Counted from the first letter of the stretch, positions 23,745 through 36,719 are shown. The stretch: DNA of 64,000 nucleotides from Octopus vulgaris (GCA_951406725.2 OX597821.1:115692001-115756000), one strand, 5' to 3'. Numbers and translations are program-made. The notes: a model not told the origin generated them from the sequence alone.

Positions 23745-25210
23745 GAGAAATCCGATTTCCCCGCCCCAGTCAGGACGTACACAGCGACAAATCTAAAAGC
23801 ACCACTTTCGCTATTTCTCACACCCAGGACCATCAACTTACCGTCCGGGTCCAGGAAGATCGTCCGTATCTCGAGATCCAGGCCTTTCCTAAACAGCACT
23901 GCTACCCTGCTTCCCATTTTAGATCAAGCCAGTAACGTGTAGCTCTCAAAGTCTTTAAAAATGCGGGACAGTGTGCGCATGTTCGAAACCTTGGTCTCAC
24001 TGGCGGCTATCACATCGAGGCTTAGCAACCTGAGGTCATTGAGTAAGCAACCCTGCTTCCAGGACAACTCCAGGCCACGATCATTTATACAACCTATTCT
24101 AATAATCGCTATATCGGCCGAAAAGGGTTGAGAAGAAGGAGAGGGCGGGGTTACGTAACCACTCAGTGTTGTTAGTGGTCGGATGGACCAAACTATGGCT
24201 CTGGTTCGGTTTCCACTGGGAACCTCTTTAAAAGTCTGTTGGCGGCTTTTACATTAGGGGTTCCACGTCGTAAGAGAAAACCTCTCTAATTTTTTTAATG
24301 TATTGTTAGCGGTATACGCATTAACAATAGCTTTTCCAACACTTTAAAAGTATTGGTGTCATATACTGCACCTCTTCTCTCAATCTCTTTATTTTGGGTT
24401 AAGAAGGCAATGAAATGTTTGTTAGCTCTCCTCACTAGCACCAAATTTGTGGTTTGTGAGGTAGATTGTTCTTTTGTAAGCTTTCTTTTTGGAGTTGGCT
24501 GTTATTAATGCTGTGGCTGCTACTGTTGCTACCGCTGCTGTTTCTGCTACTGCCGCTTTTGATGCTGCTGCCGATCCTTCCGCAGATGGAGCCACTGCTA
24601 CTGCCGTTGTTGTTGTGGTGGTGGTGTTGGTGGTGGCGTTAGTGTTGGCAGTAGTTTTGGTTTCCTTTGGTGTGGGCAAAAGGCTTTGAGGTGATTTGTG
24701 TCCCCGCACTGGTCACCTCGGCTTTCTGTCATCAACAGCCACATGAAGCTTTGTACCATCTGGTAGGGCTATGAAGTCCGATGTGGCCTCAATACTTGGT
24801 TGATCCGCCTGTATTAACAACTGCATACTCTGCCCTAACCAGTTCTGCTTCGTATTCTCTGTATCTGCAAAATACTGATTTTCTCTTCTATATCGAAGAG
24901 GACCACTGCCACACACCAACATATATTGGTTTCTGGTGGTGTGTTTAATATTCTTATTTTAGATACCCTTCGACCAAGGTAAATGGGGATGAGGATCAGT
25001 TCGTCACTCGTTAGGGTGATTGCTGAGTTCTTTTTGGCACTTCTTCCTCTGAGGCGAACCTTATTTTAACAGTCCCATATTTTCCCTACTGATTATGTAA
25101 GTTTTACTCTTCCATATTAGTCGCAGACATTTTTCTATCTGCTAGAATGTTCCGGTTAAATTGCTCAGGGTCTGGTCAGGTCGGGCGTAGGTGACGAATG
25201 TGTACATTGC
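23745..25210 (-). mobile_element. Tx1/L1-like LINE fragment: ORF1 remnant and AP endonuclease N-terminus
   Basis: IRIGCINDRGL...LDVIAASETK...VAVLFRK...DPDGKL...FRFVAVY (APE motifs) at 23745-24110; upstream LPDGTKLHVAVDDRKPR and a Thr/Ala-rich ORF1 tail. Confidence 0.8.
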
Positions 25211-26426
25211 TTTCGTTCAAGCTGAAGTGATCAAGCCGAAGTGTTTGCTCCTCCACTTTCTGTGGAGGGGACGCGTTCAGACGATACATCCGTTGTCAGC
25301 AGCCGCTGAGTGAAGGACAGGGCATACCGTAGCTAATGATGTGCAGACATGCGTTGATTCGGCAACATATCCGACGTTTCCTTAATGGTGAGTAGGTGTG
25401 GCCACTGTTAGTCAGATTAGTTTTTCCGCAGCTCGTCTCTTTGTCTGAGCTACAGTTTTGGATCAAGCATAGACCGAGAAAAGTTGTATGTCATCTGGAG
25501 TGTTGGCAAGCGCTCACGCCCCTTCACTAGTTGAGTAATGCAGTCGGTTGAAATTCCACTTTGAAATTCTATAGGGGATTAGTGGCGGACAAGAGCGACG
25601 GTGTCATCGGAGTAACTCTGGGCGTCGGAAGAGATGTTAGCTGGTCTTTCCGGAGGACTTTCGGGCCAGGGCCTATGGATAATTTCCAGAAATCCCCTGA
25701 CCTGGCAGTGTTACCGGAAGGCTTTGTCGGTTCGAGACAAGCTCAACAGCCATGAAAGTGCTGTCAGACCAACCTGTCCAAGATGAACGCAAGGTAGTGA
25801 AACCTTCAGTATGCACTTATCCAGTGTTCGGACATTGCTGACATGTGGAGCTTTGTTGAACAGCAGTTGACGTGTGTGGGACGGATCCGGCTATTAATCG
25901 AGTCCATCGTGAAGATAGCCCCGTCGCCTTCTCTTGGCCGGGAAGGAAAGCTAGTTTTCCCCTGTCAGGTGACACTAGTAAAAGAGGTAGTGTGCTGGAT
26001 GAAGTTGAAAGGACTGAAGACAGATACTTTCCTTTTCGGTCAAGCTCTCATTGACTTTTTAAAGTTCTACTTGAAAATGAAAGTGAGGGTGGAGGGGCAA
26101 GTGCTGTCTTCCAGTATTTTTGTTGAAAGTTGGGTGAATATGGCGAAGATGGCCCGTGTGAATGGGTTTACCTTGAACATACGCTTGTAGGATGGAGGTG
26201 TTGTGGAGGAGAGAGGTGCCTGTCTGAGGTGCACTTGGCGGCCGGGGTGACCAGAATGTGTTGGATTCCTTGGTCGGCCCTGCATGGGACTCCTCCTTTT
26301 GGGGGAATTTTATTGTTTAAGTTTTGCTGTTAATTGATAATTGTTTTTATTGTATACACGTATTTTTGTACAAAACCCTGCGTCCTTTGTTTGTATTGTT
26401 CTTTTCGGTTTGTGGCCAACAAAGAT
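25210..26426 (+). mobile_element. Tx1/L1-like LINE 3' end (post-RT region and 3' UTR)
   Basis: FLWRG motif near 25258; ETLQYALIQC...W resembles the ET..H....C Zn-finger; ends tgtggccaacaaag followed by (ATT/GTT)n. Confidence 0.7.
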
Positions 26427-26504
26427 TATTATTATTGTTGTTGTTCTTCTTCTTCTTATTATTATTGTTGTTGTTATTATTATTGTTGTTGTTCTTGTTG
26501 TTGC

Positions 26505-26541
<37 letters not shown>

Positions 26542-26747
26542 GTTGTTGTTGTTGTTGTTGTTGTTGCTATTATTATTATTTGTAGTAGTATTTGTAGTAG
26601 TATAATATAGAAAGCAAGAGTTCTATAAAATACCGCGCGCGCACACACACGCACACACACGCACACACACACAAGCTTTGCAGTATAGTATAATACAGAA
26701 CCAACCGGACAAGCAAACTATATGAAATTGGGTGTGAAGTAGAAAAC

Positions 26748-27588
26748 GTATGTATGTATGTATGTATGTATGTATGTATGTATGTATGTATGTATGTATG
26801 TATGTATGTATGTATGTATGCATGCATGCATGTATGTGTGTGTGTGCATGTATGTATGTGTGTATGTATGTATGTATGTATGTATGAATGTATGTATGAA
26901 TGCATGTATGTATGAATGTATGTATGAATGTATGTATGTATGTATGTGTATGTATGTATGTATGAATGTATGTATGTGTGTGTGCATGTATGTGTGTATG
27001 TATGTATGTATGTATGTATGAATGTATGTATGAATGTATGTATGTATGTATGTATGTATGTATGTATGTATGAATGTATGTATGAATGTATGTATGTATG
27101 TATGTGTATGTATGTATGTATATGAATGTATGTATGTATGTGTGTATGAGGGAGTTGTGTGTGTGTATGTATGTATGTATTGTATGTGTATGTATGTAAC
27201 TATGTATGTATGTATGCATGCATGTATGTATGTATGAATGTATGTATGTATGCATGCATGCATGTATGTATGTATGTATGCATGCATGCATGTATGTATG
27301 TATGTATGTATGTATGTATGTATGTATGTATGTATGTATGTATGTATGTATGTATGTATGTATGCATGAATGTATGTATGTATGTATGTATGTATGTATG
27401 TATGTATGTATGAATGTATGTATGTATGCATGCATGCATGTATGTATGTATGTATGTATGTATGTATGTATGTATGTATGTATGTATGTATGTATGTATG
27501 TATGTATGTATGTATGTATGTATGTATGTATGTATGTATGTATGTATGTATGTATGTATGCATGCATGCATGTATGTATGTATGTATG

Positions 27589-27620
<32 letters not shown>

Positions 27621-28087
27621 TGTATGAATGTATGTATGTATGTATGTATGTATGTATGTATGTATGTATGTATGTATGTATGTATGAATGTATGTATGTA
27701 TGTATGTATGTATGTATGAATGTATTTATGTATGTATGAATGTATGTATGTATGTATGTATGAATGCATGTATGTATGTATGTATGTATGTATGTATGTA
27801 TGTATGTATGTATGTATGTATGTATGTATGTATGTATGTATGTATGTATGTATGTATGTATGTATGTATGTATGTATGTATGTATGTATGTATGTATGTA
27901 TGTATGTATGTATGTATGTATGTATGATGTATGTATGTATGTATGTATGTATGTATGTATGTATGTATGTATGTATGTATGTATGTATGTATGTATGTAT
28001 GTATGTATGTATGTATGTATGTATGTATGTATGTATGTATGTATGTATGTATGTATGTATGCATGCATGCATGTATGTATGTATGTT

Positions 28088-28119
<32 letters not shown>

Positions 28120-28501
28120 TGAATGTATGTATGTATGTATGTATGTATGTATGAATGTATGTATGTATGAATGTATGTATGTATGTATGTATGTATGCAT
28201 GAATGTATGTATGTATGTATGTATGCATGCATGCATGCATGTATGTATGTATGTATGTATGTATGTATGTATGTATGTATGTATGTATGTATGTATGAAT
28301 GCATGTATGTATGTATGTACGCATGTATGAATGTATGTATGTATGCATGAATGTATGTATGTATGTATGTATGTATGTATGTATGTATGTATGAATGTAT
28401 GTATGTATGCATGCATGCATGTATGTATGTATGTATGTATGTATGTATGTATGAATGTATGTATGTATGTATGTATGCATGCATGCATGTATGTATGTAT
28501 G

Positions 28502-28533
<32 letters not shown>

Positions 28534-29395
28534 TGTATGTATGTATGTATGTATGTATGAATGCATGTATGTATGTATGTATGTATGTATGTATGTATGT
28601 ATGTATGTATGTATGTATGTATGTATGTATGTATGTATGTATGTATGTATGTATGTATGTATGTATGTATGTATGTATGTATGTATGTATGTATGTATGT
28701 ATGTATGTATGTATGTATGTATGTATGTATGTATGTATGTATGTATGTATGTATGTATGTATGTATGTATGTATGTATGTATGTATGTTTATATGTATGT
28801 ATGTATGTATGCATGAATGTATGTATGTATGTATGTATGTATGTATGTATGTATGTATGTATGTATGTATGCATGCATGCATGTATGTATGTATGTATGT
28901 ATGTATGTATGTATGTATGTATGTATGTATGTATGTATGTATGTATGAATGTATGTATGTATGTATGTATGCATGCATGCATGTATGTATGTATGTACGC
29001 ATGTTTGTATGTACGTATGTATGTATGTATGTATGTATGTATGTATGTATGTATGTATGTATGTATGTATGAATGTATTTATGTATGTATGTATGTATGT
29101 ATGTATGTATGTATGTATGTATGAATGCATGTATGTATGTATGTATGTATGTATGTATGTATGTATGTATGTATGTATGTATGTATGTATGTATGTATGT
29201 ATGTATGTATGTATGTATGTATGTATGTATGTATGCATGAATGTATGTATGTATGTATGTATGTATGTATGTATGTATGTATGTATGCATGCATGCATGT
29301 ATGAATGTATGTATGTATGTATGCATGCATGCATGTATGTATGTATGTATGTATGTATGTATGTATGTATGTATGTATGTATGTATGCATGTATA
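26748..29395. repeat. ~2.65-kb (TATG)n tetranucleotide array with GCAT/GAAT variant units
   Basis: Directly visible; source of all the YIHT/MYVC ORFs. Confidence 0.98.
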
Positions 29396-30402
29396 TATTA
29401 CGTACGTATGTGAATATTCTTGTATCTATGTATATATTTACGTGTCTATAATCTGAGTATATTTTTTTATATGTATGTACGCATGTGCTTATGTATGAAT
29501 ACATGTCTGTATGTTTATAAATAATAATTATATGTATGTATCTATATACAAATAAATAAAATAATAGATAAAATAAAAATAGAAATAAATAAATAAATAA
29601 ATAAATAATGTGGAGCCAAGCAAAGTGTAAACCGCCATATGTGGAGGTGTGATCGAAGTGACCAATGAAAAAATCGTATGAAACAGATGAGCAGATGGTC
29701 GCCTCGGTCGCCCGCTAACATGTAAACAATGGCTCTCGCACAGAACGATTCCAGCGAGATGTTCTAGCTGGCAGACACTATAAATAATGGCGTTATTGAA
29801 TTACTGGCAAATTAATCTCTTAGTTGGTTTAATTCGAGTAGAGGAAATATAACCTTATCCCACAGACGCACAGGTAATATGTGCTCTTCCACTCTCTACA
29901 TGCTGGTTGATAAATACTTATTGTCTTAATAGTTTTTTTTTAACAGCTTTTTTACTTGTTCGCTTATATATTTTACTCACGCACTCATTCACAATCATGT
30001 TCACATACATGCACACGCCTGCATGTGTATATATATATACATACGCACATGCACGTAGATCTTAACTATTAATCAAAAACAAATATTCAACAATACCCAC
30101 ATTCAGATTTGAATAACTTGTCTACCAAGCTCTTAATAATTATGTGTGTAAATCTGTAGTGATAACGGGATCAAGTAACACTATCAGGTCGTTAAAAATT
30201 AAGATGTGAACATTATCTACAGGTTAGGTTAAAATAAAATTTTTAGAAGTCTCTTAAATTAAGCATCAATATTTTAATTAGTTAATTAATCTGCAATAAA
30301 ATTAGGTTTGTTCCAAGAAAATATTCGCATTTTAAAACTATGATTAGGCATAAATAAAGGAACATATTTTTTTTATTTCCGCTTTATCTAAATATATTCC
30401 TG

Positions 30403-30815
30403 GGATCTTTTCGGTTTGAACGACAGTTTTAAAAAATAATTTCCACGTAGCTAAACACTTTTAAACTTCGTATACTGGTAGAATGTATTTATAAAACATC
30501 TTTTTCTCTTGGCTTTATTGAAAAAATTCTATAGTTTGTAAGATATTTGTTGATTTTCTTTCTTCAATTTCTGCAATTTCAACCAATCAATGACGTCTGT
30601 TGGAGGAGAAAACATTCTGTGCCGTATGAATATGCCCCTCGTTTAAGAAACAGATTGGGTTTATTTACATTTGTGAAGAAAAAAAGATACCCTTCCCCCC
30701 ACCCCTAACCCTAAAACAGATTGAAATGCAATAGATCGATACTAGGGTTATAATTATGGGTGACAATTTCATATGACACCGCTAGAAAAAACTGCCGTTC
30801 AAACCGAAAAGATCC
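30403..30815 (+). mobile_element. Merlin-like MITE copy 1
   Basis: TIR ggatcttttcggtttgaacg / cgttcaaaccgaaaagatcc; perfect TSD tattcctg. Confidence 0.92.
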
Positions 30816-31350
30816 TATTCCTGAAATAATAAAGTAGCAAGTAGCATATTTAATGTATTAAAATTTTTTCATTAATTGATAGTCACTCTTATTAAGGAGA
30901 ACAATAATTTTCTGAATGATTAATTCTGGAAAAACAAAACAAAATAAAACATAAAAAAGTGGAGATAATACCAAAATTTCAGTAAAAATTAATTAAATAT
31001 GACCATTAAATGACAACTCCATACATATTTCGGTTTTATTAGATCTCATCAGTAAGGCGTACATAGACAAACTATGGTTACTAAATCTGAGAACAACTGG
31101 AGACATAGGATTTTTGTAAATGAGAGTGGCTTCATAAATTAAAATAAGGACTACCAAAAAAAAAAAAAAGTCATCAAACACTCCAGCTGCACGTAGTAAC
31201 GTGAGTGCAAGTGTACCTGATGCCATAAATCAGAAAATTTTATGAATTGTCACGAGTTTGTTAGAAACCAGACTCTGTCAGGTTGATGCACTTTTATAGT
31301 TGAAAGACCTTGGAATTTTTATATTTAGATTTTTTCCAATTTGTCTTTTG

Positions 31351-31776
31351 GGATCTTTTCGGTTTGGACGGCAGTTTTTAACATAATTTCTAGGTAACTA
31401 AAAAATTTTGAACTTCGTATACTGGTAGAATGTGCTTATAAAACATCTTTTTCTCTTGGCTTTATTGAGAAAATTCTATAGTTTGTAAGATATTTGTTGA
31501 TTTTTTTTCTTCAATTTCTGCATTTTCAACCAATCAATGACGTCTATTGCGGTGAAAACATTCTGTGCCGTATGAAAATGTCCCTCGTTTAAGAAACAGA
31601 TTGGGTTTATTTACATTTCTGAACAAAAAAAGATACCCTTCCCCCATCCCTAACCCTAACCCTAACTAACCCTAAAACAGATAGAAATGCAATAGATCGA
31701 TACTAGGGTCATAATTATGGGTAACATTTTCATATGACACCACTAGAAAAAATTGCCGTTCAAACCGAAAAGATCC
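31351..31776 (+). mobile_element. Merlin-like MITE copy 2
   Basis: Same TIRs and body; no TSD match. Confidence 0.9.
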
Positions 31777-32498
31777 CTGTTATCTTTTATGCTACATTTT
31801 AAAAAAAATATATTTCGAGTGCTGCTAAATTTAACTTCGCTACTCATTACAGCTTAATATCGAAATTTAAGTCATGTAAATTGTATTTGTTTTTTACAGG
31901 GGCTTAAAACCTGAAATTTGAAAGAAATATGAATTAGAGTAAGAGAAATCCACGATTTCCCAAAGTGTACCTGCTATGCAAATAAAGTGAAATATCTAAA
32001 ACTGACGAGGGCACATGAAATGTAGAGAACTAGGGCATCTTCCTTTAAATAACTGAAAGAGTACCTCAAGAAGCATAAGAGTTATAGGGTATTATTTGTA
32101 TGATGTTCTGAGTTCAAATTCTGATGAAGTCGACTTTGCCTTTTATCCTTTCGGAGTCGATAAAATAAGTGCCAGTTGAGCACTGAGGTCGATATAATCG
32201 ACTAGACCCCTCTCACAAAATTTCAGGTCTTGTGTCAATAGTAGAAAGGATTATTTGTATGTCTTAAGTAAAGAACACGAAAAAAAAAAAAAAATGCAAG
32301 GAAAGGCTCATAAAACAAGAATGTTGGAGGTGAAGTTTTGAGGAGCAAACGTTAATAGAATAACAGGACAGTAGTAAGAAATAATTATTTGGAAGATACA
32401 GCTTCTGAACAAGCGGCTACCTTCAGTCTGTTTTGGTTGCATTTAAGGATAGTTTTCGTGTGAAAATGAGTGTTCTTCTGTATAGGAGTGGACACATA

Positions 32499-33318
32499 CG
32501 AGGTCTGATCGATAAGTATTCGGATTGTTGCCATAGTAACGAAGCTAAAGTACGCAGAGTAAAGTCGCTAGGCATAGTTTGACCTTGAACTCTACAGTGC
32601 ATGCGAACTAAGTTTTAACGTTCTAGCTCACTCCTGCTGTTTACAGCAGTGCTTGGAAGAAAGGTGTGTAGCGTGTGATGGTCGCATTGACCGTCACAGA
32701 GAAAGTTGAGCAGAGAATCTGCATCAAATTTTGCCAAAAGCTTGGTGATACCTGCTCAGAGGTCTACGCAAAGTTTTCAAAACGTTTTCATCGTTCTTGA
32801 CACAATCAAGGAGACCTTGTACAACTGAAACCTGAGTGTCCTTTTGGTCAGCTGAAAGCAGTTTTAGCACAAACTTGGCAGACACGCGCTTCATACCCAA
32901 ATCTTCAGTGATAATGGACTGAATTGTAACTAATCTGCACATACTCTGATAACTCACAGATTCGACGATCTTCCCTGCACGTACATCTGCGATTTTTTTC
33001 GGCCATCTTGGAAACGTCTGAACCACTCGTACATTTATGTGCAGCTCATACACTCCTCTCCATACACTTTCTGCAACTTTGCGTAGGCCTTTGAGCATGC
33101 ATCGCCACGACAGCTTTCTCTTTGATAGTCAATGCGACTATCACATGCTACATACCTTCCTTCCAAGCACTGCTGTGAATAGCGGAAAAGAGAGACCGTT
33201 AAAACTTAGTATGCATGCACAGTAAAGTTCATGGTCAATCTGTGCCAAGCGTCTTTAATCTGCGTACTTTAGCTTCGTTACTATGACAACTGTCCGAATA
33301 CTTATCGATAAAACCTCG
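32499..33318. mobile_element. Mariner-derived element built from two inverted 5' ends
   Basis: TA-cgagg...cctcg-TA with >200-bp inverted arms; the + strand reads EKVEQRICIKFCQKLGDT and the - strand reads IITEDLGMKRVSAKFVLKLLSADQK (WVP-like motif). Confidence 0.88.
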
Positions 33319-33669
33319 TATTTTTAGAAATTATTGGCTATGAAGGAATCGATTGATTTTAAAGTTGGTCTTATCACGAAACTTTCAAGATCACTACACA
33401 TCCTACCCTGCCTTCCAACTGACTCAAACATAATTGCTAGGAAGGAGAATGCGATTGTATAATGTTCTTAGTAAGTATATCTAACAGGGAGAATACCAAA
33501 CTTTATTTTAATAGATTCTCCATCGAACGACTTCTGAAACCAATCAATAATGGCAAACATCTAGGTGAAGGGATAGAGAGTACGGGAATATCTAAGATGC
33601 TTCTCGTGGAAATGGATTTGTTACAAACATCTGAAAGCTTAATTTATTGCAATGTCTAAAGTAATATTG

Positions 33670-33850
33670 ATTTAATATTTTAACACGAGGCCAGCACTTT
33701 CGGCTGAGGGAGTAAGTACTCTATTGGTACTTATTTTATCGACCCTGAAAGGGATGAAAGGCAAAGTCGACCTCGGTGGAATTTTTACTCGGAACGTCGC
33801 AAAGTGTTTTGCCCGACCTGCTAACAATTCTGATCGCTCGCCGTCTTGAT
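33670..33850 (-). mobile_element. SINE family B
   Basis: Flanked by the direct repeat atgtctaaagtaatatt. Confidence 0.8.
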
Positions 33851-33877
33851 GTCTAAAGTAATATTATAGCATTTAAG

Positions 33878-34085
33878 AAGGCGGTGAGCTGGCAGAATCG
33901 TTAGCACGTCGGGTGAAATGTTTTGCAGCATTTCTTCCGTCTTTACGTTCTGAGTTCAAATACCGTCGGGGTCGAATTTGCTTTTCATCCTTTCGTGGTT
34001 GATAAAATAAGTACTAGGATCGATGTAATCGATTTACCCCTTCCCTCAAAATTGCTGGCCTTGTTGTAATATTTGAAATCGATAT
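33878..34085 (+). mobile_element. SINE family B
   Basis: Flanked by tattata(g/a)catttaag. Confidence 0.85.
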
Positions 34086-34154
34086 TATAACATTTAAGGA
34101 ATTTCTTAAAATTTAATTTAAGCTTTTAAAACACCCATCTTCATAAACATTATT

Positions 34155-34524
34155 GCTGTTGCTGTTGAGCGTAGCGATCTTCGTCCAGTGGGAGAAGTCT
34201 GAAACGTGGTCCTTTGCTATTCGTAAGACCCGCAGAAGAGAAAGCAGGTCAACCCCCGACACCGAGAGCATCGACGAATGGATGATTGCGTATCCAGGCT
34301 CAGCGGTTGGGTAGGAAGTCGGGGACAAGAAACAGCAAGAAAGAGTGAGAGAAAGTTGGAGCGAAAGAGTACAACAGGGGCCGCCACCACCCCCTGCCGG
34401 AGCCTCGTGGAGCTTTAGGTGTTTTCGCTCAATAAACACACACAACGCCCGGTCTGGGAACCGAAACCACGATCCTCCGACCGCGAGTCCGCTGCCCTAA
34501 CTAACCATTGGGCCATTGCGCCTC
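34155..34524 (-). mobile_element. SINE family C
   Basis: Reverse complement of 22080-22460. Confidence 0.88.
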
Positions 34525-34906
34525 ATCTTGCTGTTACTACTGCCATTATAATGCTATTGCTGTTTATGCTTGATGTTGTTACTGCTATTATAGTAAGTAT
34601 TGCTACTATTGCTTATGCTGTTCTAGCTCTTTTTTACATTTTAGTCTGGGAAGTAAGCCGAGGCCATCACATCTGTAAGCCGTCTTAGACTGGTGGAGGG
34701 CGATGCGCAATCCAGCTTCTGTTCAGTTACGCCTGATTGGTGGCAAAGTATTGCTCCTTGGTGCAGTCTTCTAACCAAGTATTCTTATTGTAGATCTCCC
34801 AAACTATAGAATGAGATTTGTTTGTACCCACTGAGAATGTCGAAGCTCCTTAGTGGGTTGGTAACCTCGAGCCTACACACACACACACGCACGCATATTC
34901 ATACAC

Positions 34907-34967
<61 letters not shown>

Positions 34968-35748
34968 GGTATGCGCTCGTATACCTAGTATGGACAGAAG
35001 AAGCCACCACTGTGCCGTGCCTCTATTCGCTAAGTTTTCTATATTGAGTCAAGGGAACACACAGAAGCCCCTTTATTTGCCCCGTTTAATGGTCAACAGC
35101 CTTGATTATACCACTGCTATTTTTAGAAATCTTCTAAAGGCGGCGAGCTGGAACGCTGGACAAAATGCTTAGCGCTGTTTCTTTTGATTCTTTCCGTTTT
35201 GAGTTTAAATTCCACCGATGTCGACTTTGCCTTTCAGTTTTATGGGGTCGATAAAATAAATACTAGTTGAGCATTAGGCCGGTATAGTAGTCTTAACCTC
35301 TCCTCTCAAAGTCACTGACATTTTGCCAAAATGAGAAAGGGTTATTAGAACTGATGTGATAATGACGCTATGGCGTTGCACGTAAAACAATGCTTTTAGC
35401 ACGTTTTCATAGCTGAATGTTCGTACCTATTCATTAAGCTGTGACACTGTTATTGGGGGAATTTATATTAATGTTAGGTGTTTATTATCAATTTAACAGA
35501 TCGGAAACATTTAAGGCGTCACAAGTATTTTCGTTCCATTTCTTATTATCCTTCATCACAAAGCGAACAAGTTTGATAGAATGTTATTCTATAGAACTGC
35601 TTTTACTGGTATAGTATCTGCCAGCAGAAGAGGTGCAAGTTCCGCGATGGTGATTTCGATCATCGTCCCAAAACATGCTGATGTTTACTTGGGATAAAGC
35701 TTTTTTTTTTTTGCTTTTCCTAAATTTCACTTCTCTCCCGCCTGCTTT

Positions 35749-35762
35749 GTATCCATGGCAAC
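35749..35762. promoter_or_regulatory. Candidate RFX X-box
   Basis: GTATCCATGGCAAC matches the X-box consensus GTHNYY-AT-RRNAAC and lies in sequence with no recognisable repeat. Confidence 0.4.
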
Positions 35763-35989
35763 TAAAATGACCCTGACAAGTAGTTCGATGAGCCAGATCC
35801 CTAGACACTTGGAAAGAGGTCAGCTCTGATACTAAAATGTCACATATCGTCAGCCATCGTCATGTCCCTGAGGAAATTTAAAAGGAAAGCTATTATCAAT
35901 TTTCCAAGTCGTTGGACCTTGTTATTGTGTCAGAAGTCGAAAATCTGGAGTTTGATGCTCCTTACTGCTTTCTGTGTCTTTTCCCTCAG

Positions 35990-36288
35990 CAAGCATCAAC
36001 ACCACCAGCACCACCACCAGCACCAGCACCAGCACCACCACCACCACCAGCACCAGCACCACCAGCACCACCAGCACCAGCACCACCACCACTACCACCA
36101 ACAACAACATCATCAGCATCAACAGCAACAGCAGCATCACCGCTATTGAATTCCCTCTCAGCTACTGACTGAGAATTCTTTTACGTCATCGATGTCACAC
36201 TTCAACTCCAACGACGATGACCACCATCACCACCACCACCACCATTAGCAACAACAACATTACAACTGCCGCCGTCACCCCACCGCCA

Positions 36289-36343
<55 letters not shown>

Positions 36344-36345
36344 GT
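35990..36345. repeat. Compound (CAC/CAG/CAA)n and (AAT)n trinucleotide repeats
   Basis: Directly visible. Confidence 0.9.
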
Positions 36346-36719
36346 AACAAAACGTCTTTAACAAATACGAGAGCAACCAAGAACTAGATCGGTAACTGCT
36401 ACCACTACAATAATAATCTCTTGAATGTCAATAATAACGATAAGATTAGGGTCACCATCGGCAGCAACGACAACGACAACCACAACAACAGTGAAACAAT
36501 GATGATAGCAACAACAATGCTATGATAACATCGCCTTCATTACAACTAAAAGTAATAAGCGAAGCCGCAATCACCTCACACCACCACAGAACAACAGCAA
36601 CGACCACAATAAGGAAAAACAAGAAAGATAATCAGTAATAAAAATTTCTTGTATTGACATAAAAAGGCGACAAAATTGTAAAGAGAAGAGTATATTACTG
36701 GTACTTATTTTAATAATTT

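Noticed and set aside
26576-29504. Long ORFs up to 708 aa (YIHT/MYVC repeats)
   Set aside because: Translations of the stop-free (TATG)n array; no coding complexity.
35912-36172. Proline-rich (formin/WASP-like) coding exon
   Set aside because: Explained by CAC/CAG microsatellite with single-codon usage; all frames are open. Kept only as a side note to the X-box finding.
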